NCBI RefSeq assembly: GCF_006345805.1
Contig: NW_021832249.1
Location: forward strand, 1 to 61,815
Reading direction: 5' to 3'
From: Octopus sinensis
Lineage: Eukaryota
DNA: 61,815 bases
Shown here: positions 23,849-36,740 of the stretch, one piece after another
Position numbering within the stretch: the first letter of the stretch is position 1
Layout of the letters: each line of letters starts with the position of its first letter
Notes under the pieces: model-generated
The model's database searches: none
Seen by the model: only the letters and a program-made list of their open reading frames with translations
Told to the model about the DNA's origin: nothing
Made by a program: the position numbers and the translations under genes

Positions 23849-26800
23849 AAACAATGTTTAATAAAAAATTAATTATGTAAATTCTATCTTAAATTATTTA
23901 AGAATCCAGATCGTCAGTGATTTCTCTTCTTCGCTTGGAAGAAGAGTTTGCAACAAAATTCTCATCATTTTCCATTTCTGCGTCAAAGTAATTGTTCAAC
24001 TGAGTGTCCTCACGACATGCCAGCTCCGCAAGTTGATTGGCGGCAGAGGCGTACTCCTCGTTGTCTACCTTCATCCCATGTCTGTGTTCAATAAGCATAC
24101 TCTCTAGAGTCCTCTTCAGCACAACCGACTGGATGTATGTCCTCGTTCCTTCTTCAATGGATAATTTGTCCATATGACTTTTAAAGAACTTTGAGACAAC
24201 TCCATCCCATGTCAAGACAATTGGAATAATCTTCACTTTTGCTTCATAGAGAACCGACAGTTCGTTTGCAAGCAGGTCATATTGTGAAATTTCTCCACTT
24301 CAACTTGCTTTAAACGGTCTTGCGAGGTAACTCCCACTTCGATTAAATGAATTTCTCTTTTCCTCTTGTCATAAACGAAGATATCAGGTTTATTGAATTG
24401 AACCTTTGTTTCAGTCATAATTGAAGTGTCAACTCTAATTTCGACATTTTGGGTCGACATTGTTGACACGACTGAATGTCCTTCAATTTCCTGCTTCGTT
24501 TTATTCCATACATTCGACACAAGTGGAGATGAATACACTTTACCACTTCGTTGTGTCTTCGGAGATAATCACTGTTTAGCATCCTACCACACCGCGTGGC
24601 TAGATGGTCAACAGTCTGCCTGCTTTTTTTGCAGTGGACGCATAGTGATCCCGTGTATGCAAAGAACAAATTCCTATCCTGCAAAAGACAGTACAATGCT
24701 TCGCTTCGTGGACCATTGTTCCCTTTCGATAGCCATTGCGAAGAAGTAGATATGTCGACATCTGATTCCTCCATACATTTAAACATCACCGAGTGTAGTG
24801 ATTTACTGTTAATTCGGTTAAGCAAGAGTTTCCTTTGTGCGTCCTTCAGTAACTCAATGGTCAGATTTCCCTGCCGACAGCTGCATATTTGGAGACAAGA
24901 AATTCTGCGATTGTGGCTAAGTGCCATTTTTTCCTTTTATTACTCGCAGAATACCCGACCTCCGCAGACAGGTAGTCGACTGTTTTTCCAAACTTTTAAG
25001 AAACTGGAAGAGCATTAATTCGCTTTTGAAAGAAATTGAGGCAAGTCCTCTTCCAAGGGTCTTGCGGTCCAAATACAACCTCTCCTTATTTGCAGGCTGG
25101 AGGTGTAACTTGAGAGTCGTAAGCAATCGGCGTATTTGTTGGTCAATCTCATCAAATTCGTAAGGTTCGATATTGATTAGCCCAATATAATAATTATATA
25201 GGGATAATGCATATTCATTGATTCCACGGAACAAATTTACAGCATTCAGGTTTGTTTTTGACAACATAGTTATTCTCTTCTTGACATTCTCCAATATGGA
25301 GTCCATAACTTTATTCTTGAGAACATTACTTCCGCCATCTTCAAGTACACCCAAGTAGCGATATCCGTTGATTCCATCGACAGTCTCACAGCATGATAAA
25401 GATTCCACATTAGATGCTGATTTTTCGGAATTCATCTCTAGGCCGACACTTTCAAAAAATCCATTAACAGCCTCCATCATTTTGACTAACACATCTTCTT
25501 TGAGGGCAACTATTTTCAGATCGTCAATAAAGAAGAAATGATTGGTGGAGTATGTCAACATATTGGGATCTTCCCGACTAATTTCGAGTTTGGGAAACAT
25601 GGAGTTAAGCATCCTGCTTAGGGGATCCATCGCCATAACGAATAGCAGCGGGGACAATGAATCTCCTTGGAGTATTCCCCGGCTTAACTTTACTTTCCCA
25701 ATTCTTTTCCCATCGATATGTAAGTTTACTGTCCACTTCTTGACTATATTCTTTACAAAGCTGACAATCCAATGTGGTATTCCAGAGCAATCCAATACGT
25801 GGAACAAGAACTCGTGATCAACTGAGTCAAATGCCTTCTTCACATCGACCCAAGCAGAATAGAGGCCATTTCCATACTCTTTATTTAAGCATTGGTTAAT
25901 GAGGGCTTGCTCTTTGGCGCCTTGACATTGCTTCCTCGTCCCAAGCTGATTATCTGAGATTAAGCCAAATGCCTCGATGAAATCGGCCAGTTTGGCATTA
26001 ACACATTTGGTGACAAGTTTATACAAAGTTGGCATACACGTTATAGGGCGTAAGTCCTTCGGGGTCTCACACTCACTTTTTTTAGGGATCAAGTAAGTTA
26101 CGCCAGTGTAAAACCAGCTATCAGGCGTGTACTCTCCATTAATTATTCGGACTATCTCTTACACAGAAACCCATGCAAAGAATCCATCTTCTTTAAGAAA
26201 AAGTTATACGTTCCGTCGCATCCGCATGCCTTCCAGTCAGGTGCATATTTGAGCATATCCATAATAAAATCACTTGTGAATTGAGGTCGCATGGTTTCAG
26301 CGCCAGTACACCTCACACCCACAAAATCATAAACTACGGGCCCCATATTTTTCTTGCTCCAGACATCTTCCCAAAATGATAAGCACTCACCATCACCAAA
26401 CCCATACAGGGTGGCTTCGTTGCTCGAAGATAAGTTTCGATAAAATCTTCTGCGGTTTAATTCAAAACACGCATTGTCTTTCCGGAAATTTTTCCTCGAG
26501 GAATGGATAGATATCTGTTTCTTTTTGATTCTAATTAGATCATTCAATAGAGTCTCAATTCTGGTTAGCTCCCCCTTCTTAGACTTCTTATATCCGTAGC
26601 GGCAGAGAACATCCATTGCCTTTTGCTTTTCTGCCTGAGGCAAGGTTTGTTTGGAGAAGGAACGAACTGTGTCAATTTCATCTGCTAATTTAGAGATTTT
26701 TCTTTCCGTGTTTTCCAACCATGTGCTCTGTGTCTGGCTCTCGTAGTTAAGGCCAAATAAGCACACTGTGCAGCATATAGAATATCGGTAATTTGATTAA

Positions 26801-27425
26801 TATCTTGGGGCGGATCATCTTTTGTAATATGATAAATTGCAGAATTTAATCCAGCCAGGATATCAGTTTTTACCATCCTTCGTTGCACCTTTGGAGTTGG
26901 CTTTCGAGAGTCTCTCTGAATAGACTGAACTTTCCCAATTTGGAATTTGAGTTCCTCTAGGCAATTTCTGAAACTGGAAATTTCTACGTCCACATCATCT
27001 TGCACTCTGGAAGAGTCGCATCTCCCTTGCACATTGTTATTCCGTCTAGCCATGCTCTTTAGTTGGCACATAAACTAGAGCACTTTGCCGAGTACTTCTC
27101 ATTGAACTTATCCAGGACAAGGTTCCAACCACCTCTTGGCATCCTTCCAAGTCTTTGCTTCGCGGCAAGGGCAATCTGAGACACCCATTCGCCTTCAGAG
27201 ACACCATTGACATTTCCGATGATCGCAGAAAGAGAATGCAAGTTAGTTTTGGCAGCATCACCAACAAGATCTTCTTTAACACCATTAGCTCTTGTGGCAT
27301 TGTGAGGTCCCATAGGCGACGGTCCTGTCTTTTTTAAGTTTTTATTTGCAGGAAGGCCCGTAGGTTGCGTTTTCCTTAACTGCTTGGAAACGTACATGCA
27401 CACACCACAACAACAATAATATAAT
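23849..27425 (-). mobile_element. Full-length R4/Dong-like non-LTR retrotransposon, copy B
   Basis: Highly similar to 712-4236; a 391-aa RT stretch is open (24917-26092); 13-bp TSD AAAGACGACACCA at 23836-23848 and 27426-27438. Confidence 0.93.
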
Positions 27426-28044
27426 AAAGACGACACCATATAAATTATCTCTAAATTAGACATCGCGATTAAAAAGTTTAAAATAAATCCTTGGGAAATA
27501 AAAGATCTCAAAATAAAATTCGAGGAAATGAATATGGAGAAGACGGAAATCTTATTCAAAAAAGAAACAGTTTCAACTGGGTCACTGGGTAGGCAAATTA
27601 CTCGATATTTTCGACGGTTGATTAGATTGCACGTTTTAATTAGATTCCATGGTTTGATTAGAATCTACTTGTTCGAGATTGATTAGTTTGAATGGGTAAA
27701 CTTGTTCGAGATGGTGCACACTTCATATCACCCAGAGCACGTTGCATAATCTATTTATAACAATAGATTGGAATCGTAAATACATATGACATCACCATTA
27801 TAATTTTGACATCACCATGTTCTGGATGAGAGTCTGTACGAAATTTATTAGACGTCCTTAAAAGTTGAGTTAATCTTAATAATAAAATGGTATGGTGTGT
27901 GTCTGTCTGTCTGTCTGTCTGTGTGTGCACACCAACTTCAAATTGGCAAAGTACAGATAAATTGTCAAAATCTTTCCCCCTTATAATTAGCCAATAATGG
28001 GGAACAAGCTTAAAATCATGAACTCCTCCAAGAATCTTCCACCC

Positions 28045-28745
28045 TACGATGTCCTCGACTTACATGATGAGATCCTTAAAACCTTCCCCCCCAAAAAAAA
28101 TTAAAAAAAAATTTTCTGCATTTTGGTTAAAATGAACAACTACGATGTCCTCGACTTACATGATGAGATCCTTAAAACCTTCCCCCCCAAAAAAAATTAA
28201 AAAAAAAAAATTCCGCATTTTGGTTAAAATGAACAACTACAATGTCCTCGACTTACATGATGAGGTCCTTAAAACCTTCCCCCCAAAAAAAATTAAAAAA
28301 AAAATTTTCTGCATTTTGGTTAAAATGAACAACTACGATGTCCTCGACTTACATGATGAGGTCCTTAAAACCTTCCCCCCCAAAAAAAATTAAAAAAAAA
28401 TTTTCTGCATTTTGGTTAAAATGAACAACTACGATGTCCTCGACTTACATGATGAGGTCCTAAAAACCTTCCCCCCAAAAAAAATTAAAAAAAAATTTTC
28501 TGCATTTTGGTTAAAATAAACAACTACAATGTCCTCGACTTACATGATGAGGTCCTTAAAACCTTCCCCCCCAAAAAAATTAAAAAAAAATTTTCTACAG
28601 TTTGGTTAAAATGAACAACTACGAAGTCCTCGACTTACATGATGAGGTCCTTAAAACCTTCCCCCCCAAAAAAAATTAAAAAAAAATTTTCTGCATTTTG
28701 GTTAAAATGAACCACGTTAAAGTCCTCGACATTCATGATGAGGTC
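28045..28745 (+). repeat. ~96-bp minisatellite, about 8 units
   Basis: Same unit as 16820-17610. Confidence 0.95.
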
Positions 28746-29551
28746 CATTAAAACCGTCGAGGCAAAAATCTCACGTATCAAGAATATCCTTGATGAAAAC
28801 GACAGCGAGAATATTAACACTGATGAACTCCTAATTATTCGCGAGAAAGAAATTCAATTCATCCTATGTTTTTCTCTTTAAAATTAAATGCATATACCAT
28901 TATCGACATGAATCAAAATTAAAGCTATTATCATATGTGACTTTGACAGAATGTGCAATTACAGATTGCACGACTTTGAATAGAGTGTGCAATTAACAGA
29001 TTTTAAAAACCACTTTGATAGTTGAAACCACATTAGCACAATCATTAACACAATTTACCACCAATTGACGCACGACCTTGAATAGAGTGTGCAATTAACA
29101 AATTTTGAAAAACACTTTGATAGTTGAAACCACATTAGCACAATCATTAACACAATTTACCACCAATTGACAGCGCCATCAGAAGAATTTGCGTAAAAAT
29201 ATTAACTATTTAGTTAAGTTTTTTGTAAAGCTAGAATTTATTTTCGGTATGCCTCTTTTCCTAAACTTTTTTATTATTCAAAAATAATTTTTTCAATAGA
29301 TAACCGAAGGAGGGAAGACGATCTTAAGAAAAGAAGTTTTTCGTAAAGATAGAATTTATTTTCTGTATGCCTCTTTTTTCCTAATATTTTTTATTATTCA
29401 AAAATAATTTTTTAAATAGATAACCAAAGGAGGAAAAACGAAGCTGAAGAAAAAACGGTCAGCTTAATAAGGTAATTAATTAAATCTTTTTTGTGTGTCG
29501 CTTTTTTGCCTGCCGCATCTCTGCCTGCCGCATCTTCGCCTGCCGCTTGAA

Positions 29552-30009
29552 TTTTTAAACTCCTTAGATCCCTCTGGAATGCCGAATCATCTTTTAAAAT
29601 TAAAGATAGGCGTTCCAGTGGTTTTATTACGAAATCTTGCGCCACCTAAATTATGCAACGGAACGAGGTTAGTTATCAAAAACTTGATGGCTAACGTAAT
29701 AGAGGCGACGATATTAACAGGTAAGTATAGAGGTAGGATGTTTATATTCCACGAATTCCGATAATTTCTGATGAATTACCATTTAGATTTAAAAGGCTGC
29801 AATTTCCTTTGAGGATGAGTTTTGCAATGACAATAAACAAGGCCCAGGGACAGTCATTAAAGGTAGTTGGGTTATTTTTAGAGAGTGAGTGCTTTTCACA
29901 TGGACAGCTGTATGTGGGATGCTCGAGGGTAGGCAAAAGAGAAAATTTATTCATATATGCCAAGGAAGGACGGACGACAAACATCGTTTATCAACAGGCG
30001 ATAGAATAG
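29552..30009 (+). pseudogene. PIF1-like helicase C-terminal fragment of Helitron RepHel
   Basis: [32 protein letters not shown]...LCNGTRL; FAMTINKAQGQSL...FSHGQLYVGCSRV...TTNIVY; one frameshift. Confidence 0.92.
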
Positions 30010-30124
30010 GGTTACATTAAACCAGGTAGTTTTATACATCTACATAAACTTATAGTTGTTTGATGAAACAGGCCCTCCGCAGGAGCTAGGTCGCGGTGAG
30101 CGAAGCGAGCTGCCGAGCTAGTCC

Positions 30125-30590
30125 TAAATATAATCAAGCGCTCACGAGGCATTTCAATTTTAAGTCGTTGAATTATAAAATTATTTTCATAGAAATTAAA
30201 AGAAGAGACTTTAATCCTCAAGGTTTCAACAATATTTTCAAAATTCAATTTCTGAACAAAAACGATCTTTATATCTTCTACCCATCTTTATATCTTCTAA
30301 CATTAATAAACCCGCCTGGAATCTCATTTTAACTTGCTGCGGTTACATGGTAATTAGAATCGGATATCTAAGTATATTTTTTAATGGCCTTGTATTTTTA
30401 CAAATTTTACACTCTTATAATTTGTTCAATAATTGGGCGTTTCAAAGTTAAGTAGAATTTACTACACTTCTTATAGAGCGTTAGTATTTTTCAGTGGAAT
30501 TCTTGATGAATATCAAATGCGAAATTCTTCATCTCCATTTCATTGTTCAAGAATATAACCAATTTGTTTTTTTGGTTATTCTGATCCTAT
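30125..30590 (-). pseudogene. Ginger-like integrase N-terminal (HHCC) remnant cut by the Helitron
   Basis: IIEQII..CKICKNTRPLK and KIEMPRERLII parallel the other integrase copies. Confidence 0.45.
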
Positions 30591-30594
30591 AAAT

Positions 30595-30625
30595 CAGTGA
30601 TTCTCAAGTACGAATGTGTCGCCCC
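30595..30625 (+). mobile_element. Orphan Buster-type hAT terminal repeat
   Basis: CAGTGATTCTCAA...GTCGCCCC preceded by the 8-mer CTATAAAT, which has a central TA. Confidence 0.5.
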
Positions 30626-30629
30626 TTCT

Positions 30630-33042
30630 GTGGTTAACACTAAAACTTCCTCCGATTGCATCTACCTCCGTCGTAAAATGAACAGCAAGCTGTTGGATGG
30701 CGATGTCCGTGGAGCTGTCAGACTTGTTGCCTCCTCTAACCGGCTTTTGTCCCCATCTCCTCCCGTTTTGTCTAATTTGAGATCCAAGCACCCCAGTCTT
30801 CCAGTAAACTCCCGCACCCAACCCGCTATCGATACGACCGCCCTTCCGCAACTGCTGGTTACCGCTTCACAGGTCGAGAAGGCACTGAAAAGTTTTTCCC
30901 CAAGCAGTAGTGGGGGTATAGATGGGCTGAAGCCCGGACACATTAAAGACTTGACTTCACCTCTTACTGCTGAGGCAGGCCGTCTCCTCTTGGAATCTAT
31001 CACCAATCTCTGTAACCGTCTTATCGGTGGTAATTTACCGGATTTTGCTCGGGCGATTTTCTTCTCGGCTAATCTCACTGCTTTGGGTAAAAAAGATAAC
31101 GGGGTCAGGCCGATCGCCGTGAGTAATGTTTTCCGTAGATTGGCCGGAAAGCTCGTTTGCCACGTTGTGATCCCCGAGTTGGTCCCGAAATTTTTGCCAG
31201 TCCAATTGGGCGTCGGCGTCAGTGGAGGGTGTGAATCGGCTGCCCATGCCGTAAGAGAACTTATGGATTCTTCATTGGAATATCTTTTAGTTAAACTTGA
31301 CATATCAAATGCGTTTAACACAGTGAGACGGGATCATTTGCTCGAGACCTGCCTTTCTCTCGCCCCCTCCGCCTATCCTCTGGTCCACCTTTCGTACTCA
31401 CAACCCAGCCTCCTCCTGTTTGGCGATTCCTTTATCGTCTCATCGACCGGAGTGCAACAGGGAGATCCCCTGGGGCCTTTTCTATTTGCTATGTGTGTCA
31501 ACTCCGTCGCTCATTCTGTCCGCTCTACAGTAAATATCTGGTACTTGGACGACGCGACGATTTGTGGACCTCCCCGCTCTGTCTTAGACGACCTGCGGAG
31601 CATTATCCCGGCCCTTTCATCCATCGGTCTGGAGATAAACTCAAGCAAGTCCGAAGTCCTAAATCTGAATATTCCTTCCGATTTTTTTGCCGAAACTCTG
31701 GACACCCTGGAACCTATTCTAAAAGGCGCGCGGGTATCAGAAACAAAGGACCTTGGTTCGCCAATTGGTCACGAGGCCCTCTTACAAACGCTCATCGCCA
31801 AGGCAAGCAATCTGTCAAACATGATCGAACGGCTTTCCCTCATTGATGCCCACGTCGGGTTCTTTCTTATGCGTAACTATTTCTCAACTCCGAGGCTTTT
31901 GTACACCCTAAGGAGTTCTTGTTTTCGCATGCCTAATCTGTTATCCGATATCGATTCTATCTTGAAGTCTGGAGCCGAGTATCTGTGCAACATCCATTTC
32001 GACGCTCTGGGGTGGCTTCAATCTTCCCTGCCTGTTAATCTCGGGGGGATTGGCCTTCGTTCGCCCGTTTATCTGGCTCTTCCTGCCTTCCTCTCGTCCC
32101 TGGCATCATCCCGTGCCCTCACTGACATCGTTCTCAGAAACCTTCCCGAACGAAAAATGTCAGTTGATCACGTGGCCGCTCTCGACCTTTGGGATTCTGC
32201 GTATACCAAAAGACCTGCCGACCCATCCGTCCAGGGTCAGTGGGATTCGATCACTTGTGACACTCTCTCCTCTGTCCTGCTTCAGAGTTTCGACCAGCAC
32301 AGGCTGGCCTGTCTTCGTGCGGGCTGCAGTCCGGGCAGTGGGGCCTGGCTTGACGCCCTTCCCCAACCGAACATCGGGACACTACTAGACGGCGATTGTC
32401 TCAGAGTCGCTATTTCTCTGCGTCTCGGTTTGAATATCTGTGAAATTTACAAGTGCCGCTGTGGGGCCATGATCGACCAGTACGGACTACACCCTCTTTC
32501 CTGCAGACGCAGTGCTAGGCGGGCACCACGCCACACAGCCTTAAATGACGTTGTCTTGAGGGGTCTCAATGCTGCCGGAATTCCATCAATCCTAGAACCG
32601 GCTGGGCTTGCTAGGGGAGACGGAAAAAGACCTGACGGTCTATCCACCTTCCCCTTTGAGTTTGGCAAGTCGCTGATTTGGGACGCGACATGTTCAGATA
32701 CTTTCTCTGAACCTAATCTTCCCTTGTCAGCCGTCGCAGGCGGTTCGGTGTCCCTTAGAACAGAAAAGCTTAAGATTGCGAAATATAGAGAACTCTCGGA
32801 GCGATATCTATTCGCCCCTGTTGCTGTCGAGACTTCAGGGGTCATTGGGGAAAAGTCTTTGACTTTCCTTTATAAGCTCGGACGTCTGATCTCTCTGAAG
32901 AGAAATGACACACGCGAGACGGGCTGGCTTCTTCAGAGGATTTCCCTTGCCATCGTACGAGGAAACTGTTTCTCCATCTACGAAGCGGGGAAGTCCTCTA
33001 ACTAACTTTATCACATTCATTTTCTATTATTAAAAAAAAAAA
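30630..33042 (+). mobile_element. CRE-like non-LTR retrotransposon, 5'-truncated, with uninterrupted RT + zinc finger + RLE frame and poly(A)
   Basis: Open ~790 codons to the stop at 33005: GVRPIAV, LDISNAFN, QQGDPLGP, WYLDD, CRCG...HPLSC, RPDG...WDATC...AVETSG, RISLAIVRGN; A11 tail at 33032-33042. Confidence 0.93.
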
Positions 33043-33870
33043 GTCGGCAATTGAAGTATGCCACAATTTGGAGGATCTTTTCTACGTACATGGGCCATGT
33101 AAATTCTACAGTCGGACAAAGGGACAGAATTTAAAAATGCAGAAATTCAAGGTTTATGTCAAAGGTTCAGAATACTTCACATTCATGGAAGACCAAACAA
33201 TCCTAGATCTCAGGTTATTCTACCAATTAATTTTTAGAATATAGTGGAACGTTTTAATCAAACGATAACAAAATCAATCGCCAAACTTATTGAAGAAAAT
33301 GGGAATCATAATGAATGGATGTCGATTCTACAGTATACAGTTTACTGCTACAATACTACAATGCATTCGTTCTCGAATGAGACACCTTTTAAACGCTATC
33401 GAGGAATTTCGGGGATAAAGTCCTTACATATGGACGAAATCACAGAAGGTGATACATTTAGACTTACTTTTAGACTCAGTGACGAGCTTGATTGACGATT
33501 CAACTATTTCTGAATCCACTAATCAAAGCGGTTTAAATTCATAAATTACAATATTGTAGAATGCTTTAATTTTCAGATAACTCCAATAGGAGGTGACGAC
33601 AAATACTACAAGCGTATGAATAGAAGAATGGGTTTCCATTGTTCGAAATATAGTTATGCTATTGGAAATCAAGTTAAAATTAATGTGAATTTAATTTAGG
33701 TACGATTTGCTAAAGATCACGGAACGAATCCATTTTTGAGACTCGATAAGTTTGAGTCCCAATATTCTGAGACTTGCAAAATAGTCACAATTTTATCAAA
33801 TTCACGTGTCGAGGTATTCATCAAATTTATGTTTAGATCGAATTTCCCGATGGAAGAAGAACATCCGTAT
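33043..33870 (+). pseudogene. Ginger/KRBA2-like DDE integrase core fragment
   Basis: KSAIEV..LEDLFYVHGPCKILQSDKGTEFKN...HGRPNNPRSQ, a probable 24-nt intron, then VERFNQTI...YNTTMH...ETPF. Confidence 0.75.
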
Positions 33871-33882
33871 TAATGTCTAGAA

Positions 33883-35989
33883 CAGGGGTTCTCAACCTTT
33901 TTAGCTCAAGGGCCAAATCGATAATTAAGATTAGCTTCGCGGGCCGCACAAAAAATATTTTATATATTTTTATATTTTCCATTTTACTAAATATTGATTT
34001 GAATTAATATGTAGATTCATATATGCATTGTGTGTTATATTTTTGAATTTGTCTTGAGGAACTAATTCGTAAAAATTAATAATTGATAAAAATTTCAAAG
34101 ATTTTGATAAAAAAGACGTTAACAACCTCATGAATTTCTATGCGAAAAATGCACATAAAGATCACAGGAAATCCGACTCACTCCCTTCCAACAGAAGCCT
34201 AAAAAAACGGGCTGAACCGCTCCTCCTCTCGGTAAAGGAGGTGGAAGATACCTTGCGCTCAACAAAACCATCTTATTCTCACAGCCCGGACAAAATCCCG
34301 GTGATCCTATTAAAAAACCTTGGCCTCGAAGGTGTCAGATTCCTAACAGCAATCTTCAACCATTCTATCAACAACAACGTAATTCCGGCATTATGGAAAC
34401 AGGCCTTAATAAGGCCGATACTGAAGCCTGGAAGACCAAGAGGGGACCCGGCATCTTTCAGGCCGATTTCCCTGTTATGCTCGATGTCAAAAATCATGGA
34501 AAGACTGGTTCTTGGCAGAATAGAAGCTTTCTTATCCGAAAGACATTTTCAACATGTTTTTAAGAAGGCGAAGTCCACGTCTTCGTACCTCCAATCCTTG
34601 TCTAACTTCATCTGTACCGGTTTTGCCAGCAAACCGAGGCCCCAAAAGACCGTGCTCCGCTCCGTCGACATCTACAAAGCCTTCGATTCCGTCGCGAGGA
34701 AGCTCCTCTCAAGGAAGATATTCCAATCCGACTTTCCCCTGAAGCTAAAAATATGGATTACCAACTTCCTAAGTGGACGAAGGGGAAGGGTGTGCCTCGG
34801 TGGTCTGAAATCCAAATCTCGTCTTCTACCCAACGGAGTACCTCAGGGATCCCCCTTATCCCCGGCCCTCTTCAACCTATTTTTGGAAGACCTCCTTCGC
34901 TCGACAACAATGACATTGTTCTCTGATACGCGGACGACATCGTACTAGCCTCACGGGACCGGGACATCCAGAAGGCTTCTGAAAGGCTCCAAGCTAACTT
35001 GGATCGGCTGAACCTATGGCTGACGGACAACCGGCTCGTGGTAAACGCGGCGAAGTCCGCCACGTCCCTCTTCACCTCGGATAAAAGATTGGGAAGGACG
35101 TCAGTCGACTTAAAGCTGAATAATATATCCGTTCCCTTCTGCAGGAGTCAGACGGTCCTAGGGGTAACCCTCGACATGCACCTCTGTTTCTCCCCTCATG
35201 TGGACAACCTCCTTCGCAAATGCGAACAAAAACTGAACATTCTACGAACCCTATCTGGAATTTGAAAAAACGGGTCGCACCCGGTACTGGCGAATATCTA
35301 CCGCCAGTACTTCGAACCTTGTGTTGCGTACGCTTGCGGATCATGGAATCCGCGGCTATCATGGTCCAACAGGAGGCGAATCGAGGAAGCCCAACAAAGG
35401 GCTCTCAGATTAACAGATCGTTGGTCACTTGATAGTCAACGCCCCGGTCCAGCCTCTCTGGAAGATCTCATCAAGCTGAACCTGGGCCCGTCAGCGACTG
35501 CTCCGCCAAAAACGGCATCCCGCCCTGTGCGATCTTGTGTGGGCTCGTGGAAAGAACACCGAGCGAGGATGAGGTCCCTGGTTGAGTGCATCGGGATCAC
35601 GTGACATTTGTTCGGTTTTTAGAGTGGTCTTGGTGATTTAGTAAATAAATAAATAATGGACGCATTTTTGAACAATGCCGCCAGTTCTATATCATGTTGT
35701 AAATTAATGAGTTCAAGTTGAAACTTTGCAGGCGCATCCTTAATTTCCACGCTGAATTGAGTTGCGAATATTTTCATTAAAGGAAGGAATTCTTTAAAAT
35801 TTTGAAAATTAAATTTATATAAATGTACCCCAAAACATGCTTCAAATTGATTAATGAAATCACCAATTATGGATATGTTTAACCTTAAGAATGAATAATT
35901 AAATTTAAACATTATTAAAAAATTTAAAAAGTTAGTTACTCTAAAGGGGCCGCAAAAAAAATCCTGGAGGCCGCATTTGAGAACCGCTG
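33883..35989. mobile_element. Non-autonomous Buster-type hAT with a nested LINE fragment
   Basis: TIRs CAGGGGTTCTCAA and TTGAGAACCGCTG; exact 8-bp TSD GTCTAGAA at 33875-33882 and 35990-35997. Confidence 0.92.
34084..35655 (+). mobile_element. 5'-truncated Jockey/I-group LINE (RT only) with (TAAA)n tail
   Basis: SFRPISLLCSMSKIMERLV, DIYKAFDSV, GVPQGSPLSPALFN and YADD after a frameshift; tail at ~35643-35655. Confidence 0.85.
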
Positions 35990-35997
35990 GTCTAGAA

Positions 35998-36740
35998 TAA
36001 GGTCAGATGAGACCAAAATCAATTTGTTCGGATCAGATGGAATTCAGCATGTGTGGCGCAAAAATGGCGATGCACTAAATCCAAAATGCATAGTACCTAC
36101 AATGAAACATGGCGGCGGAAATATAAAGATATGGAGATCTATGAGCTCGCAACGACCTGGTGAACTTTATATCATAAATGGGATCATGAATGGAGACATA
36201 TACATTAATATAGTTGAGGAAAAAATGATTCCCTTTATCAACGATCATTCAGAAAATCCGATTTTCCAACAAGATAACGAACCGAAGCATACTGCAAAGA
36301 AGACTAAAAGTTTTTTGACTGAAAAAAAATCTTGCAAATGGACTGGCCGAGCATGTCGCCAGATTTAAATCCAATTGAACACCTGTGGTGCTATTTAAAA
36401 AGAAAAATTGAAACATTTGACGTCACAAATAAAAAAAATCTAGAAAATTTAATTATTGAAGAATGAAAAAAAATTCCAAAGGAAATTTGTATCAATGACC
36501 TAGAGACTAAAAGCAGTCATCAAAAATAAAGAAAGGCACACCAAATAATGACTTTTTAAATGGTGTACTATTTATGAGGCGGTTTTAAATTGATTTTTGG
36601 TTTAGAAAAATAACAATTAGTAAATCAACTTTAATAAGAACTAAATTGCATAAAGATAGTTTAAGTAATTAATTATTAGTATCGAAAATTGATTTTTTGT
36701 CAAAAAGTCAAGGGGTGTAATATTTTTGGACCATACTGTG
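35998..36740 (+). pseudogene. Tc1 transposase DDE fragment with right TIR
   Basis: SDETKINLFGSDG...KHGGGNIKIW...FQQDNEPKH...PDLNPIEHLW; the terminus ...tggaccatactg reads CAGTATGG on the minus strand. Confidence 0.85.

Larger units (their letters stand above)
27874..30121 (+). mobile_element. Non-autonomous Helitron, copy 2, retaining the 3' end of the helicase gene
   Basis: A|TC start, CTAG|T end, same minisatellite and termini as copy 1, plus about 0.8 kb extra containing PIF1 motifs. Confidence 0.9.

Noticed and set aside
30597-30629. Start of the 802-aa ORF as a real initiation site
   Set aside because: The first codons are hAT terminal-repeat DNA fused to a 5'-truncated element
33041-33053. 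13-mer AAGTCGGCAATTG shared with ~15388 as a CRE target sequence
   Set aside because: At 33041 it encodes KSAI of the integrase, and other CRE junctions lack it; treated as chance
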